A DNA stretch of 64,000 bases from Octopus sinensis. Lineage: Eukaryota. The DNA is taken from contig NC_042997.1 of the NCBI RefSeq assembly GCF_006345805.1, forward strand, positions 139,624,001-139,688,000, written 5' to 3'. The notes under the pieces were generated by a model. That model had not been told where the DNA came from, made no database searches, and was given only the letters and a program-made list of their open reading frames with translations. The stretch's first letter is position 1; every line of letters starts with the position of its first letter. Position numbers and translations under genes: made by a program. Positions 48,050 through 60,288 of this stretch are shown here, piece by piece.

Positions 48050-49800
48050 AAGTTATGTTACAGTGTTATTCATGCAACCAATGAAATGTGTCTTCAGTGA
48101 CCAGCTCAACTGAAGTGACAGCAAACTCCTTGTGACAACTGTATAGATTGCCAATTCAGCTATTTCATAAAAAAATAAAAGACCAAGACCTCCAAATCGT
48201 TTGGGCAATGCAGCCTGATCATGGGGTGACAAGGAGGGCAAGTTGGCATAGGCTCTGGTAACGTGGGCAGCAACTTCACATCTCAGTTTGGTTCCCGCTT
48301 CTAGCTAGGTAGGGGAAAATCCCTCCTCCAATAAGCTAGAGACTGATTGTAAACACATCTTTGCAGAGAGACAGTGAAGGGTGCAGCTCCGTGCAATGGG
48401 GCACAGGTCTCCATTGGGTTTGGTGAGCCCAAATAATTTTGCACCAAAGAATAGTGGGTGGATATAAGATAGGATGTTTGCTGAAGAGAACTGGTTCACA
48501 AACTGAGTCAAATTCTACAAGAGCTCAAGTCTGGCATCACTGGCCAATAAGGAGATACCATCCTTAAGATGTTGAGGCCATAGGCCATCGATTCCCACAC
48601 CTGAACCAGCAGGGAAGGATCAAATCACCTTTCTGGTGTTATCAGAGGTGAAGACCGGTCTCAAGTATTCTAGGGGATTGGGCCAGTTTAGTTGATTATC
48701 AGAGGGTGCTGGTGGGTGCTTCTCTTTCAGACGTCTAAGAAACTCAGAGTCACACGGAGTGAGGGAATATAGAGAAGAGAGGAGACAGACAGCCCCCTTT
48801 TATGTCAAATTTGTTGAATTTAGCATTGACTGCATGCTTAAGGTTTATTAGTTGCCTGTCAGTAGGTACCATGCTCAATGTCAAATTGAGGTGAGAAGTA
48901 GTCAGGGTGGACTCAAATAGCTGGAACTGTCACTTGAGTGAGGATGTAAGGGAGCTTGATTTCATATCGTGCATGTGGAGAGAGAAGCGGGGGAACAGAA
49001 ACAGTTTCTGCCAGTCTGATGTATTGTTGGATAAACATACATTTTTCAACAAGCTAGAGAACATCTGAGCAAGGCTATTCTGAGCTCCCTTAGGGATCCG
49101 GTTAATGAGCTTCAATAAAAACCCTGGAGGGCTGCAGCAAAGTCTTCAGTAGAGAGCTGGTTGTCAGAATGTGAGGTGTCTCCACAGAGTGCATCAGAGC
49201 TGAAGTGGCACAGACTGTATGTCCAGTATGGAAGACTTTCAGCTAGAGCCTTGATGATGTGGACACAACTCCTGTGGTAATTTTGGTAGCATAGGTGACA
49301 ATTAGTTGTCTCCAAGTAACAGCTAGTGTGAACACAGAGAGCACAGTCAGGTGGCAAGCTAGCATCAACTGACAGTAGAGGGCTAGCATTGGAACTCAGT
49401 TGAGGGAGTGCAGTATTGGTTCCAAAGGTGGGACTAGAACGGAGGTTGGGTGGTGTGGGAGTTAAAAGTTGTAGGGGTTGGCAAGGTTAATTCTGTTTCC
49501 ATCGGTGGGGCTTGAACGAAGGTCAGATGGCGGTGTGTGGAGGAAGGGTTGAAAGTTGTAGGAGTGGTGGGGTTGGTAGGGTTAATTCCATTTGGAACCT
49601 GTGGTGGAGAGAAGTTAGCTTCTCTCAAGCATACCGAAGTTGGTGGAGAATGAGAGATCAGATGTTGATATATTGTCACATAGTCGCTCCACCAGGGAGG
49701 TCTCTTGGTCATTCGATGCATGCCTCTACTACGAAGAATGGATAGGTTAAAGTGGTGGCAACCTCACCAATCAGCAGTCATTGGTGATTGGGAGATAAAG
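48050..49800 (-). mobile_element. Internally deleted CRE-clade non-LTR retrotransposon
   Basis: Consecutive CRE-type motifs: PHD-like CxxC-CxxC-H-xxC-WxYxxC, RIPKGAQ, LKEKHPPAP, SFPAGSGVGIDGLWPQHLKD, PLFFGAKLFGLTKPNGDLCPIA, LEAGTKLRCEVAAHVTRAY, QAALPKRFGGLG; several stops and frameshifts. Confidence 0.85.
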
Positions 49801-50357
49801 AGCAACAAATATACAAAAATGAGAAAAAAAGAAGAAAAAAGAGGGTGAGAAGGAAAAACAAGAAAAGTGACAAAATTTTACAGAGCGCTATCAAAAAAGT
49901 TTAAAGAGTCACACACATGCAACTATTTGTGGCTTTGTCTCTATGAGCAGTACTGAAGTCTGTAGCAAGGCTGTTCAGAAAAGGCAAATGCTACTTGTAA
50001 TTATGTTCTATTAAATATTAATTTAATTTAATTTGTTTAAAATAAAGTCATTTTATTAAATTTGTATCCTCATTTTTTTTTTCCATTATTCAAAAAATTC
50101 TTTAAATATATTCATTTGTAACTTTGTCTCTGTACAGTATTGAAATTACAGTACATACCTTATATCCAGAAAAGGCAAAGTTGCAATGCTTATCATTCAT
50201 TTTTAATTTAATTTCTAAATGAGAATTAGTCAAATGAAAAAATCAAAATTTTGTTTGAATTTTCTTGGAAATTTTTGAATTCAAAATGACTGCAAAAAAT
50301 GGTAATTTTATATATTTTTAATTAAAATTTTACAGCAATGCCAGTAAAAACACTGGA

Positions 50358-50709
50358 CAAGCCAATGAAAAATGCGGACGCATACTAACAATATTCTTAA
50401 CAATTAAACCTGGAAAAGTAGATAACAAGAAAAAGCTCATTAAAATTAGAGCTTAAAATATTGCTGTTAAAATTAAAATTCAAAATTTTTTTATTAATTC
50501 ACTTAGTACAAAAAATAAAATTAAAAAAAGGAAAAGTGAAATTAATTGAATTTTTAAAAAATATGAAAAAGTACATAAGAGGTACTTTTTAATTTTAGCA
50601 GCAATATTTTAAGCTCTAATTTTAATGAGTGTTTTCTTGTTCTCTACATTTTCAGGTTTAATTGTTGAGAATATTGTTGGTATGCGTCCTGCATTTTTCA
50701 TTGACTAGT
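50358..50709. repeat. Foldback element with about 120-bp arms and about 110-bp AT-rich spacer
   Basis: 50358-50478 vs reverse complement of 50588-50709, roughly 90% identical by eye. Confidence 0.85.
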
Positions 50710-50723
50710 ATATATACATACAT

Positions 50724-50756
<33 letters not shown>

Positions 50757-51680
50757 CCTGTCTTTCCTTTTCCAGCTGGGGTAGCCATGTATCTCCAAGA
50801 CACCTATTTAAACACTCTAATACTCTTACCTCTCATTACCTGGTCCAAAGCCACTTCCCTCAATACTACTCACTCCTCAGTTGAGGGGTCTTTTCTTGCA
50901 AGTTACATGGTGACTTTGCCATGCAAAAAGCACTCAGTACACTCTGTAAAGCAGTTGGCATTAGAAAGGGCATCCAGCTGTAGAAACCATGCCATAGCAG
51001 ACAGTAGAGCTTCCAGTTACAAGAATAATCTCAGAGAGAGAAAGTTGAGGACCAAGAAATATTTTATTAAACATGGGTTTAAACAAATATATAGCCTTCA
51101 GCTGTAATAAGAAAAATAAATGTAGCAGGCTGAACTCTCAGTGTTTATAAGCTCATTAAAAGTTTTAAAATATTCTATAAGATCTTTAGGCGTAAAACCT
51201 GTACAAGACGATTGGTTGGAAAAAATGTCAGCAGATGTTATAATAGAGTTCAAGAATATAACCAAAATTAACTTTGGTCAACACTACCAAATATAGTAAT
51301 ATTAATTGCTTGCAGCAACCATCTCCAATCAAATATAGTAAAATTATATGTTGCCAAATATAGTAAAATTATACATCAGCAGTTTTGACATCCAAACTTA
51401 AACATTCCATGTTCAAATTTGAAGAAAGTTATTTGCAGTAAACAATAAAATGGAGCGTGGAGCAGGGATAAAGAAATCAGTAAGTAAATAATTAAAATAG
51501 GATTATGCACATTCCTTCAATCATACATCATGCCGGGAGAAACTAGTCGTCTCCTTTAGAACATTTTGGGATACCCCAAAATATGACATTACTGTGAATG
51601 ACTGCAAGAATGGTGCAACAAAGTACTCTCCCAAAAATCATCTGAACTTCCAGTGAAGTGGAATAGTAAGTAATATATAA

Positions 51681-51712
<32 letters not shown>

Positions 51713-51914
51713 AAAGAGAAAGAGAGAAAGTAATAATGAGTGAATAAGAATATAGAAGGGTCAAAAAACGTAAAAATAATTGAAAATGAAACAAAATTGA
51801 AGGCAAAACACTAAAAATGATTGAAAGTGGGCAGAAAGAAACACTACGTAGTATAGTAGTACTATGTTAGGGTATCTGTAGAAAGTTGAATGTGATTTCG
51901 GAATATAACGAGGT

Positions 51915-52195
51915 AAATTTCGGATCTTGGTAATTTTCCGAAAGTCCTCTCCCCACCTCAAGATTTTCCCCACAAATTACTTTATAATCGCAATGTATGC
52001 CTTTTGAAAGGTATTTCTATAAAATTTCATTGGAAAAAAACCCCCATTTTCCTAAAAGTTACAAGGGAAAAACCCGGATCTTGTGAATTTTCCGAGGTAC
52101 TCTCCCTACCCCCTTGGAAAAGGTTTTCTACACTAATGTCTTTATAATCGTAATGTATACCGTTTGAAAGGTATTTCTATGAAATTTCATAAAAA
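51915..52195 (-). mobile_element. Partial arm of the 710-2147 foldback family
   Basis: cggatcttg..aattttccgaaagtcctctccccacc units matching 1860-2045. Confidence 0.75.
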
Positions 52196-52681
52196 AAAAA
52201 AAACTACATCGGGTCAAGATGTAAACATTAACCCAAAGTTTTCCAACTCACTACATTACATACGTGAGACCCTACTGCATGTATTTATTATGCAGAAAGC
52301 TCAAGATAATTTTGTCATGATTTAAGTTTTAATTCAGAGGGATCTTCTCCGAGACAAGCCGTCATCACCATGGCTTACGAGCACAAATCTACCCATCTTC
52401 CAAATGGACTTGCTCCTTTACTATCCCAAGTATATCTAAGGACCCGTACTCAAATATCTTTTTTGTCTTGTTGCATTTCTTGCAACCTACCTCGACTATA
52501 ATTGTTATTGAACGGGCAACCTTCGTTACGATAACAAAGTTTATAATAATAAATAAATAATGCAATAATATTCAACCACAAAAACATTTAAAAATAACAA
52601 TAAGAATTTTAATAGTTTAAAACGGACAACAATTTATATACTTAACAAGGTAATGTTTTTGCAAGAGAAGAATTTCTAAAT

Positions 52682-52810
52682 ACGTCACACCTATAAAAGG
52701 GAGAGTAGTATTTATTTGTATTATTGCAACGATTCTACCTCTGTTGGGAGTGTGTCGCGGTTATTTAAAATGGAGTTTACAAATTAGGAGACAGTTTTAT
52801 TTTGGTGAGA
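52682..52810 (+). promoter_or_regulatory. Candidate TATA promoter and non-coding first exon of the third gene
   Basis: ACGTCA (CRE half-site) 52682-52687, TATAAAAG 52692-52699, CpG-retaining context, possible donor GTGAGA near 52804. Confidence 0.35.
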
Positions 52811-53511
52811 AATTTGCGTACTTTTTCGCCAGATTCCAACGGATTTAATTTAATATATATGAAGTTCTGCTGGTATATATATTTATTTTTTTATCGTTTG
52901 TGTGTGTATTTGCAGTGGATATTGTTATTTGTCTTTAATAACGAAATATTCACTTATTAAACGACATTGTTTCTGTTTTGGCATATTTTGGATCTTTATT
53001 GTCGCTATATTGCATTTTTAAAAACTTGTTCCGTTATCTCAAACAGTACCATTATAAGATATTTCACTATCTGGTGTTAGTTGTTGATTCAACTAATTCT
53101 TATTTAAATTTGGCTGCGGAGTTTGTATAATTCATTTAATAAACAAACGTATTATTTATATATATTTCACTAGCGAACGGAAATAGTCAAAAATGGCAAA
53201 AAAAAAAAAAAACATACTTCATTTAAATGCTATATATAATTGTTGAAGTAAAACTTTAAGTTGCTTGTTAACTGACAATGCATAGACATATATACAATGA
53301 AAATACAATCGTAAAATGGCATTATATATATGAGAAAAAAGGTCTAGTTTTATCCAATATCTTAAAACAGTGAAACACAAAATATTAATTCAGTCATGTA
53401 CTGAAATGCATGGTATTACTTACATATCTATGACTTTTAGTGTCGAGATGAATGGTCCGACTGACATTACGAAAAAATCGGTTGACAGTCTTAATTGAGG
53501 CCGTCCTATCC

Positions 53512-53997
53512 GCGAATTTTTTTCCCACGAGATTTTCGGACCCCAGTAATGAACTCATTTGCATACGGCCATTTAGAGCTTTTGATCTTGTTGCCAAGTT
53601 AACAAACACAGTCAACCAAGTAAACTCAAGACGAAGAACAGTGTTGTAAGTCGACCGATCGCCAAGTTATGTCTGATTTCAGAAGGAGACAAGTAATTAG
53701 ATTTGCATCTCTACCTATTATCGGATTTTGTTAGGGCCCCATATGGTAAAGATGTGGATGGGGAAAATGTGGGTAGAGGGTGATGTGCTAGCAACTCTCT
53801 CCCTTTACAAAGTAGACAACAACACAAATACCTACGCAGAGGCAGCCGTGGTTGAAACAAGAACAAGCATTATTAAAAGTGAAAAGAAACATGGTCATTC
53901 CTTGCCCAAGTGACCTTATCTTATCTTATCGCCCATCACTTTTTATGCAAATGAGTTCATAACTGGGGTCCGGAACTCTCGTGGGAAAAATTTTCGC
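53512..53997. mobile_element. MULE/Mutator-like MITE with about 55-bp TIRs and 9-bp TSD
   Basis: TIRs GCGAATTTTTTTCCCACGAGATTTTCGGACCCCAGTAATGAACTCATTTGCATA / TATGCAAATGAGTTCATAACTGGGGTCCGGAACTCTCGTGGGAAAAATTTTCGC; flanks GTCCTATCC (53503-53511) and GTCCTGTCC (53998-54006). Confidence 0.8.
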
Positions 53998-54479
53998 GTC
54001 CTGTCCAGCAACACATAAGTTTCAATGACGTTCTTGTAAGATGCACGTAGCACCGACGAACTCTTTTTACTTAACCCATAAAGCACTGGGATTTGAACTT
54101 ACATAGCATGGACTTCTGAGCATATTTTATGAAAATGAGACTACCATGCACACATAAAAAACAAAAACAAAAATAGTTAAAATATCTTCTTAAAATATAA
54201 TGGTACCAAGTTTTACATAATCTGAAAAATCATTAGTTGAACTATTAGTCCTCTTGCATTCTGGAGGGTATCAGAATGTTTGAGTGACATTAGACCCCAA
54301 CAAACGCCCATAAATTAAATGTATCTATCAGGACCATGATCGTCGCCTGTTGCACTTTGTGTTAAACTGTATTGCCAACAACATCGAACTTGATAATGGT
54401 GCTTACTGTCGCTTTTTTCATACTGAAACTATTAAATAACACTTGACTGAGAGATACTGGTAACCGACGAGGTTGAAGA

Positions 54480-57330
54480 ACTACCCTGCTTCACAAGTGT
54501 TGTTGGTACGAGTATTGCTGTTGTGTAGTCCCAAGCCAGTCCTTATCGAGTGGTCCTACAGAACAAGGGTAGTCTGATGAGAGACAAGGCTTGATCTTTG
54601 AGATCATCATCTTCACCATTACATCATACCATGTCACTGCCTAGATATATCACTTCTACATGAAGTGGTGAATCATAAGGCATGCAGTATGACAGTCTTG
54701 ATATATTGCAATTTCATCTCTGTCTAATCCATTCCAGATTGTGATGGTTGTTGCAGCTGAGGTGAGCAAGAAGGATGGGGTTAAAGCACGACAGTTGTGA
54801 CCCCTCCATTCATATTGTTGGTGGTGTGCACCTCAGCCCAGTGTTTGAAGCCAGTGACAGTATTAATGTTGCAGCTATTTCTGACAGTGTTTTTAGGATG
54901 TTGTAATGATCTGGGGTGTTGTGTAGTTTAAGTATTTGGAGGTAGCTGTCCATAGTAACTAGAACTAGGAGGACTGAAGCTAGCTACCGTTACAAAGTGT
55001 GTCCATTCGTTTGTCCAAATGACATTTCATTTGTTTTTAGTATATTTGCTTTGTTATGCAGTTGGTCTGTGTACAAGAAGCATAGTGCACTGTTTTGTGT
55101 TCTTTGTAGTATGTTGTGATCAGGGCTAGCATAACCCAGTGTTCACCACTATTTATAGTATAGCAGGAATTTGAAACCAGCTGCTTGGTACTCATTTGTA
55201 CACCACGAGTAAGCTACCATATAAATCGACCACACTGTTCTAAAATAAAACTGCTTGTCCCTTATGTTATATAATCATCACAACAAACATGAACAATCAA
55301 CGTCGCCCATTGTCTCCCTTGATAAAAGGACTTTCACTTTGTTTCCCGCCAAAACAATTAACTTGTACAACAACGGCAGTCGAATAAAGTATCTTGTATC
55401 GTTAACACGTTGTTTCAGTCTCTCTCATTTTCTTAATCTTTCATACTAAGTACTCACTACTTCCTTTAATACTCAATACATTATATATATATATAACAAC
55501 AACACCTTATAAAAAACGTTTGACATGTTGCTTGGAGGATAGATGGCTAATAACCAGAGATTTGCACAGATGACTTCATATATTTTTGAACTGACCACAT
55601 GTTGTGACAAAGATAACTTTCTATAATTTCAGAGCAGTTTTTCTCTCTCTCTCCCAGCCAGCAATTATTAATATTGTTCATTGTAAACAGCCAGCACCAT
55701 ACATCTTTATTTCCAGCAATAAATATTCATTTAAATGTTTGTATGTTTACATCAGTTATTATTCATACAGCCAAAGAAATACATCTTCATTGGCTAGCTC
55801 AACTTGAGGGACTTCTAACATCCAGCAACAAAAGCTTTTTCTGTTGGCTAAGTATGGTATTTGTGATTGTTCTGTGCATGGTTTTGTTCTATTTACTGTG
55901 TTTTCTATGTGTGTTGTGAATGTTGTGGAGGAATTCTAAGTTGAAGTATTTTTGTTTTCTTTTTTGTGTATTATATTCATGCTGTTGAGTGCAGAGTTTG
56001 GTTCTCTGTTACTCGTATGAAAGAAGATACTAGATTTGGTAGGTGCTGCATTAAGTTCCTTATGGAAATTGTTTTCTATGATTTAAATAGATTGTAGTGG
56101 TTGTGCCACAGTATCAGGAGAAAGATAGGAAGATGTTTGGTACTGTGAGAGGATGGATCCTTGTGATACTTCATTGCAACTGAGTTGAATAATTTGATGA
56201 ATGAATTTAGACAATCCAATTATTTTTTAACTCTCGCAAATACATAACTACACACATGCACTATGACAGGTACACACACACACACATCCTTCTACGTTTT
56301 CATCATTTCTTGCATGAGCATTTGAGTAAATATATCTGTTAATTCTTATAAAAGATGTCCCATGGCTCAATGGTTAGAGCATTGGGCTCACAATCATGAG
56401 GCAGTGAGTTCAATTCCTTGACTGGACTGTGTGTTGTGTCCCTGAGCAAGACACTTTATTTCACATTGCTCCAGTTCACTCAGCTGTTGAAATAAGTTGT
56501 GATGTCACTGGGGTAAAGCTGTATCAGCCTTTGCCTTTCCCTTGAATAATGTCAGTGGTGTGGTGAGGGGAGGCTGGTATACATGGGTGACTGCTGATCT
56601 TCCATAACAACCTTACTTGGACTTGTGCTTTGGAGGGTAACTTTCTAGGGGCAATCCCATGGTCATTCATTACTGAAGGGGGTCTTTATACAACTAAACT
56701 TTTGCATTTTGTTGAGGTGAAGGAAGATCATGTAAGCAGAAGAGAGGATAGATCTTTGTGATATTCCATTTGGGAAATTGCAGATTCTGGATGTGTTGTT
56801 TTTATGTACTGCATAAACTTGGTTGCTAAACAAGTAGTTTGCTACCAGCATTTTGTATTGATTTTTTCAAAGTATTATCTCTTATATGAACAGATAGCTG
56901 GAAATGTAAAAAAAAAAGTTTTGTTGATGTCAGTGGTAGTTGTGTGTGTGAGGCTTTTTTATTGAAGTGATTGTATATTTCTTTTGTCTTAGATTTGCAT
57001 AGTAGTGGTTGTTGAGTGAAGTGGACTGAATCTTTAATTTGGAGAGGAGTTGTATGGAGTAGTGATCTCAAAGATTGACCTTTCTAGAACATTCAAGGCA
57101 ATGTGTATAGAGAGTGATGTGTCTGTTTGATGTTATTTCACTTCAGTACTCTGAAATGTAGTAAACAACTTTTGTAACATGCTTCAGGCTCTGACTCCAT
57201 CCAATCAATGATGGCCATTTCACTACATAATTTGTGTCTCTTTCATGACAGTCTCTCTCTTTCTCTCTCTCTCCATATTCTTCAAATGGCAATTTGGCTC
57301 ATACAGAGATATGGTCAAGTACACAACTCT
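54480..57330 (-). mobile_element. Fragmented I/Jockey-group LINE remnant(s), interrupted by a SINE
   Basis: Minus-strand pieces: NYLFSNQVYAVHKNNTSR..GISQRSILS (56850-56740), QGSILS (about 56160), LQRTQNSAL (about 55110), LAHLSC (about 54760); all frames broken. Confidence 0.5.
56362..56685 (+). mobile_element. tRNA-derived SINE (family B)
   Basis: catggctcaatggttagagc head, gagttcaattcc B-box, gtgtccctgagcaagacactttatttcac body. Confidence 0.8.
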
Positions 57331-57817
57331 GTAATGTGGTTGGTGATAGAAAGGACATTGAATTATTGAAACCAAACCAAAACTGAAACATGATCATGGG
57401 AAGCAACTCCAAATATGAATTGACTTGTACCATGACAACCTGTACTAGCATGGAAAATGAATGCAAAAATAATGATGATCATAGTGTCAGCTTGAAGGAA
57501 ATATCATGTGACTGTTTTTGTCATTATTTTCAGCCAATCAAAATTGCTACTTTGGCATGTTCATGCCCCTCAAAAGTTTCAATTGGAGCCTAGTAAAATC
57601 TTATGGAAAGAACATGTCTTTTATCAATGCAACTAAATATTTGCAGAACAAATATACACAATATGATTTTTGAACTCTTACAAATAAAAAACTGCTGGCA
57701 TAAATTATTTTGTACTTTTATTATTTCTTAGCTGAAATACTTTGCGGAAAAATTTTGTGAATATGAAATCTGTCTATCCTTGTGAATATAAACAATGTAT
57801 GCAAACATTATGTAGAG

Positions 57818-59039
57818 CAGTGGTTCTCAACTGGGGTCCATATGTATGGCCCTTGGGAGTCCATATAATATTTTGGGGCTAAAAAGTACGTGCATTAAGA
57901 TGGTTATACTTCTACAATACACAAGATAATTTTTAAAAATACAATTCCTAATAATATTTAATTATAAAAATATCTCTTTTACTCCTTACTCTTTTACTTG
58001 TTTCAGTCATTTGACTGTGGCCATGCTGAAGTACTGCCTTTAGTCGAGCAAATCGACCCCAGGATTTATTCTATCAGTCACTTTTGCTGAACCACTAAGT
58101 TATGGGTACGTAAACACACCAGCATTGGTTGTCAAGCGATGTTGGGGGGACAAACGCAGGCATACAAACATATATGTGCACACATACGCATACATATACA
58201 CATATACACATATATATACTAACAATATAGGATGAAGTCCCTTTCTCTACAGAAAAGGATTCCATCAAAAAGCGTGGCAGTATATTAAAAAAAACCTTTA
58301 CAGTTGAAGTATAAACATCTTATAATTAAGGGCTAAAGAAGGTTATTCTAAAGCCAATACACTGATTTATCCACTTGTTACAGGAAAATTGAACTGAAAG
58401 CGGGCAACTAACCTTTAGAAAATTTAAATTTCGTTATCTCTATATTGAATCAATTTCGGAATTAATCCCTATGAAGGATACATTCTTTATGTTCAATTTT
58501 CCTGTAACAAATGGATTATAAGTGGATAAATCAGTGTATTGGCTTTAGAATAACCTTCTTTAGCCCTTAATTATAAGATATATCATCATCATCATCATTT
58601 AGTGTCCGTTTTCCATGCTAGCATGGGTTGGACGGTTCATCTGGGGTCTGTGAAGCCGGAAGGCTTCATCAGGCCCAGTCAGATCTGGCAGTGTTTCTAC
58701 GGCTGGATGCCCTTCCTAATGCCAACCACTCCGTGAGTGTAGTGGGTGCTTTTTATATATATACATACATATATATGACGGGCTTCTTTCAGTTTCCGTC
58801 TACCAAATCCACTCACAAGGCTTTGGTTGGCCCGAGGCTACAGTAGAAGACACTTGCCCAAGGTGCCACGCAGTGGGACTGAACCCGGAACCATGTGGTT
58901 GGTAAGCTAGCTACCTACCACACAGCCACTCCTACACCTATATAATAGGGTTTTTAAAACATTGAATGGCTATGAGGGTCCATCTGAGTAAAATAGGAAT
59001 CAAAGGAGTCTATACACAAAAAACAATTGAGAAACACTG
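57818..59039 (+). mobile_element. hAT (Charlie-like) MITE carrying nested SINEs and a foldback element
   Basis: TIRs CAGTGGTTCTCAA / TTGAGAAACACTG; 8-bp flanks atgtagag / gtgtagaa; nested family A SINE tail (57988-58170), foldback (58317-58579), RTE tail + family A head (58585-58945). Confidence 0.8.
58317..58579. repeat. Foldback MITE with a perfect 60-bp inverted repeat
   Basis: ATCTTATAATTAAGGGCTAAAGAAGGTTATTCTAAAGCCAATACACTGATTTATCCACTT mirrored at 58520-58579, plus an inner 18-bp IR GTTACAGGAAAATTGAAC. Confidence 0.9.
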
Positions 59040-59414
59040 GTGTAGAAGAATGTTTTATGAAAGCTGATGTTATTTTTAAGTTGTGCTATATTTTTTAATC
59101 CCTTGTTCTGTTTTGGCCCATTTTAATTATCTTAATCTTCTTAACAAAATAAAAGGTCTTGATATATTTCATCGTAATCACTTATTTTATTAAAATCTTG
59201 TGATAATTCTGGCTTTTAGCTTCTGGAAATATGATAGTGTTTGTTTGTACCATTAGTTATAGATGGTAGTGTGTGCAGCTATTTCTTCAGACCCTAAGTG
59301 TTTGATTGTACTCGATTGCTCATGTTCAGTGTTCTGCAGGTTGAAGGCAACAGCATGTTCTCTTTACTCAACCACATTCTGATGTGCATGTGTTTGACCC
59401 ATATTTTTAGCTTC

Positions 59415-59680
59415 TTTTATCTTTTACTTGTTTCAGTCATTTGACTGTGGCCATGCTGGGACATTGTCTTGAAGAATTTTTAGTCAAATGAATCAACCCC
59501 AGTACTTTCCTTTTTTTAGCCTAGTACTTATTCTATTGACCGCTTTTGCTGAACTGCCAAGTTACAGAGACATAAACACACCAACACTGGTTGTCAAGCA
59601 GTGGTGGGGGACAAATACAGACACAAAGACCAGCATGGCCACAGTCAAATGACTAAAACATGTAAAAGATGAAAAATAAA
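59415..59680. mobile_element. Family A SINE tail fragments in opposite orientations
   Basis: cttttacttgtttcagtcatttgactgtggccatgctgg (59421-59460) and ccagcatggccacagtcaaatgactaaaaca (59630-59660). Confidence 0.7.
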
Positions 59681-60166
59681 AGAAAGTTAGGATTGTAAGG
59701 AATTTAATAAAGAAGTCCTTATTAAAGATAAGTCCTCTGTCCTGTTTTATACATTATAGTCTTCAAAGCAATAACTTGGAGTCTCAAGAATCTTTATATG
59801 CTGATGAGTTTATTTTGATACCAGAATTTATGAAAGAACAGTGGAAAAGATTCCAAACCAGGAAGAATTGTCTAGAGTTGTAGAACTTAAAGGTTAACTT
59901 TGCAAGGCCTCAAGCACTGATTAGTAACAAAAGAGTATTAAATCTCAAGACTATCTGGGAAGTACCCATGCCAGATAAGGAAGGAGTAGTTAAGCAAATT
60001 TGTTCATCATAACTTAATCTTTATCTTTTCCAGGTCTTGCATAAGTTAGATGGATTTTGTTGCGGCAGATTTTCTACAGCTGGATGCCTTTCCTGTCATA
60101 ACCTTCATTTTCCAAAATTTTCTTTTTTTTTTCTTTTTCTTTTCACTCTATAGAAACTCTAGAAAT

Positions 60167-60271
60167 ATGGCATCAAACACAGATCAAAAGATGAAGAAAC
60201 CTGATGAAGATGTGGTTTCAAAACCACAACCTCAAAACAATGATAAACTGAGCACTAGTCCAAAATCTCTC
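60167..60271 (+). CDS. Putative first coding exon of an unidentified gene (MASNTDQKMKKPDEDVVSKPQPQNNDKLSTSPKSL); exon 60154-60271
   Basis: Long pyrimidine tract + TAG acceptor (60151-60153), ATGG at 60167, open frame, perfect GTAAGT donor at 60272. No recognisable homology and no convincing downstream exon in the window. Confidence 0.45.
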
Positions 60272-60288
60272 GTAAGTATGCTACTTAA

